From NCBI GenBank assembly GCA_965645245.1, contig OZ287070.1, positions 1,364,001-1,428,000 on the forward strand: a stretch of DNA of 64,000 nucleotides. Reading direction: 5' to 3'. Origin of the DNA: Massalongia carnosa. Its lineage: Eukaryota. The stretch's first letter is position 1. Every line of letters begins with the position of its first letter. This document shows positions 61,337 to 64,000 of this stretch, piece by piece. Both the position numbers and the translations under genes were made by a program. The notes beneath the pieces are model-generated. The model was not told where the DNA came from and ran no database searches. It was given only the letters and a program-made list of their open reading frames with translations.

Positions 61337-62422
61337 TCAATAACCAGTCATTTTACCCTCACCATCCAAAACAGCTCTCAATCTATCTGGCATAGTAGAC
61401 ACCCGTTCATTGATAAATGCCTGGGAAACGTTCGCCCACCCCTCATAAATTAGCCCCTTGGTCGTATCATCATCCCAATGAGGATATTTTTTTAAATATT
61501 GCTTCGGGGCCTGCCAGCAATTTTCTATGGGGGCCAAATCAGGTGAACATGGACAGTTGAAATAGTGCTTCAGATCGTTGTTCTGCTTCCAAGTGCGTAC
61601 AATGTTTGATTTGCCTGGTCCATGTCCAGAATCACCGTCTTCTTCTAAGACGAAATCGTGTTTTGCTTCAATCCAGGGCTTCACAATAGGCTCCAATATA
61701 GAGTCGATATAGACTCGTTGACTAATCTTTCCATTGGAGTTTCCAGGAACTCTGTAAAAGTAGATATCTGACTTGAAGTCATGACCTGCAGCAGCCCAAC
61801 AGTGATGTCTCTTCTTGACGGCCTCGTCTGGTTCATCTGCTTCTTGAATACAATCATGACAATAACGTTCACCTAATCTTCGTATGATGCGTAATTTGCC
61901 CTGAGGTCCCCATCCAAAGTGCACTTCGTCACTAAATCGAACTTGTTTCCAGTCTTCTGCATTTGGATATCTAGAAAGCATAGCATCTGACCACTTCATA
62001 CGAAGCTTTCTTGTCTTCTCGTTTACCCATCCCTTTCTGCACGCAATGCATTTGTGATAATCCATGGTGCCCATGATTCGTTGAATGGTTTTGCCACTGC
62101 AGTCTAGGCCTACTTCGAAGCCCAATTGCTCCCATGTAAGAGCGCGCGCCTCCATACCTTCTTCTTCCAATAGCCGTTCCATTTCTCTAATCAATTTAGG
62201 CGTAACAATTTTGTGACGCCCACGAGCTTCAGAAACATCGGAATTATTATGATGACGGCGTGATGAGGCTCCTTCACGCAGGTATGCATAGCCCCTCGTA
62301 CGTTCCACATCAAATGTGCGAAAAACATCCTCTTTGTGATAAGAAATGCCTTGCTTTTCGCAAAATTCAACGGCTCCCTGAATTTTAGCTTTGGTAGGAG
62401 TCTCGATATGTTTAGAATTCAT
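61337..62422 (-). CDS. Intact Tc1-family transposase (361 aa, DD37E spacing)
   Basis: FSDE, EEDGD, SPDLAPIEN; first ATG inside the TIRs. Confidence 0.9.
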   Translation of the reverse strand: MNSKHIETPTKAKIQGAVEFCEKQGISYHKEDVFRTFDVERTRGYAYLREGASSRRHHNNSDVSEARGRHKIVTPKLIREMERLLEEEGMEARALTWEQLGFEVGLDCSGKTIQRIMGTMDYHKCIACRKGWVNEKTRKLRMKWSDAMLSRYPNAEDWKQVRFSDEVHFGWGPQGKLRIIRRLGERYCHDCIQEADEPDEAVKKRHHCWAAAGHDFKSDIYFYRVPGNSNGKISQRVYIDSILEPIVKPWIEAKHDFVLEEDGDSGHGPGKSNIVRTWKQNNDLKHYFNCPCSPDLAPIENCWQAPKQYLKKYPHWDDDTTKGLIYEGWANVSQAFINERVSTMPDRLRAVLDGEGKMTGY

Positions 62423-63194
62423 AATAATGATAATTATCCCATCAAAATCGTATGTAAATTGCTTGTGTTTTGGTGGGGAGTTGAGCCCGGTTAAATTTTG
62501 GTGTAGTTTTTTTTTTGTCCCCCGCGTGCCTAGTACTAGGGATAGCATCTTCAGACACACGTTATCCATGTTCAGTCTAGAAGTCATGCTTGCTGTCATG
62601 AGTCCAAGTCTCAACTCTTTCTTATTTGTTTGTTGACGTCTCATCAATCTTAACCCTTTGTTGTTATTGAGCGTACCTTGCTGGCGGTGCCAAATTTATT
62701 GGGCTTAGTGTCTTCTTTCTTTTCATATCTACAGGTAGGGTTCGTTGTTTCTTTCTCTTCAAATATCACCCCACCCAACTCCGTACTCCATATTTTCATC
62801 AATCTTTTATCACTTTACCATCAATCACTCTATAATCAACTCTCAAGTCGAGGTCTAAATAACCTCGGAGTGTTGTTCCGGTTTCTGCCCGTTCATCGCG
62901 GGCCAAGCGGTCCCACCCGGCCGTTTCTCCCCCTCCTCGCCCCCGCCGCCCTACCACTCCTGGTCCGCAGGACCATGTTTTCCTGGGTGTCGTGGTTTCC
63001 CCCGCCGCGCCACCCGTTTCCGCCCCAGTTCGTGGCGGTTCCCCTCTGCCTCCCCCTTTTCCGCTCCTCTACCCGCCCATTTGGGTGGGGCCTACCCCGG
63101 AGGTAAGCGTTTGCCTCCGGTATGCCAAGCAGACCCTTGGGGGCGACCCTGTCGCCTGTGAGTAGTCCGAGGAGTCGGGGAAGTGTGGGGAGTG

Positions 63195-64000
63195 TGTAAG
63201 AACCACTATCCAGGGAAGACGAATAGTAGTCAGCTACCTAAGAGACTAAGCATGAAGAAGAGAAATCTATCTACAAAGAAGAATGTGAAATCTATATGCC
63301 CGTTTGCCCTTCTTCTCGAAGTTTCCATCCGGCTCTAGAAGCTTATCTCCGAAGCTTCGGTCGGAAAGAGCCGTTGGATTTAGCGCTCCCACACCCGAGT
63401 CCTGACACTACCCCCCCTCTTGGTTAGCGAGCTCCTGATCGCTGTCATGTGATTAGCTTCGGTCGCGGCTTCTTTGGATATTTCCGATGATATTCTTCCA
63501 CAGTTTCTTTTGAATTCGCAAAATCTTCGGCCGGATACCATGTGTTATCCGGTGGGTAATTGCTCCATTTTACCTTGTATTGTAGCTTCTTGTTGAAAGT
63601 TCTTGAATCCAAAATATCATCAATTTCAAATTCTTCCTCGTTGTCAATAATTACTGGTGGTGGAGGCGGGGGTATTTGTCCGGGCAATGGGTCTTTACTT
63701 GCTGGTCGGAGTAATGATGAATGGAAAACATCGTGTATTTTCATCGATGCTGGAAGATCTAACTTATAGCTATTCCCCAAAGCTTTTAATATCTTGTACG
63801 GTCCGATCATCTTATGATCTAGCTTTTTCGAAGGCCTTTCCGTTTTGATATTTTTGGTTGATAGCCAAACTTCATCTCCTTCTTTATAGGTTGGTGCCTC
63901 CTCCCGATGATTGTCCGCGAATCTCTTCTGACTTTCTTGGCTTCGTACTAGGTTTTCTTTTCCGAATTCCCAGATTTTCTCCATTGCTTGGCCGATATTT
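63195..64000 (-). mobile_element. 3' end of Gypsy chromovirus 3: integrase C-terminus/chromodomain (63445-64000), PPT, 213-bp LTR (63195-63407)
   Basis: GPY motif, YKVKWSNY chromodomain, PPT aagagggggggtag. Confidence 0.93.

Larger units (their letters stand above)
54452..62530 (-). mobile_element. Tc1-like transposon 2 with ~75-bp TIRs, split by Gypsy 2
   Basis: TIR GCACGCGGGGGACAAAAAAAAAACTACACCAAAATTTAACCGGG at both ends, TA flanks. Confidence 0.92.

Noticed and set aside
62678..63190. GC-rich ORF as a host gene
   Set aside because: Low complexity, no recognisable domain, embedded among TEs
6..63848. The many short antisense or alternate-frame ORFs in the track
   Set aside because: Shadows of TE coding regions; they recur only because the TE copies recur

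Overview
Gene-free, transposon-only window, most likely from a filamentous ascomycete (inferred from the element families and RIP-like mutation). Bases 1-35.7 kb are an almost pure nested array of one AT-rich Tad1-like LINE family (ORF1 zinc knuckles; ORF2 APE-RT-RNaseH-CCHC; TAATG overlap). Five LINE-into-LINE insertions can be reconstructed from 13-15 bp TSDs, and the array ends in an inverted duplication. One LINE insertion is a chimera carrying a 1.75-kb non-LINE, apparently structured non-coding sequence (23481-25233) with four covarying T-loop/B-box three-way-junction modules; this is the best candidate for an undescribed system. Bases 35.7-64 kb contain no copy of this LINE. They hold nested pogo/Fot1 and Tc1 transposons, two complete Ty3/Gypsy chromoviruses plus the end of a third, several solo LTRs, and a 571-bp TRIM with a tRNA-type A-box/B-box. 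No host gene is recognisable. Boundaries were read by eye and may be off by a few bases.
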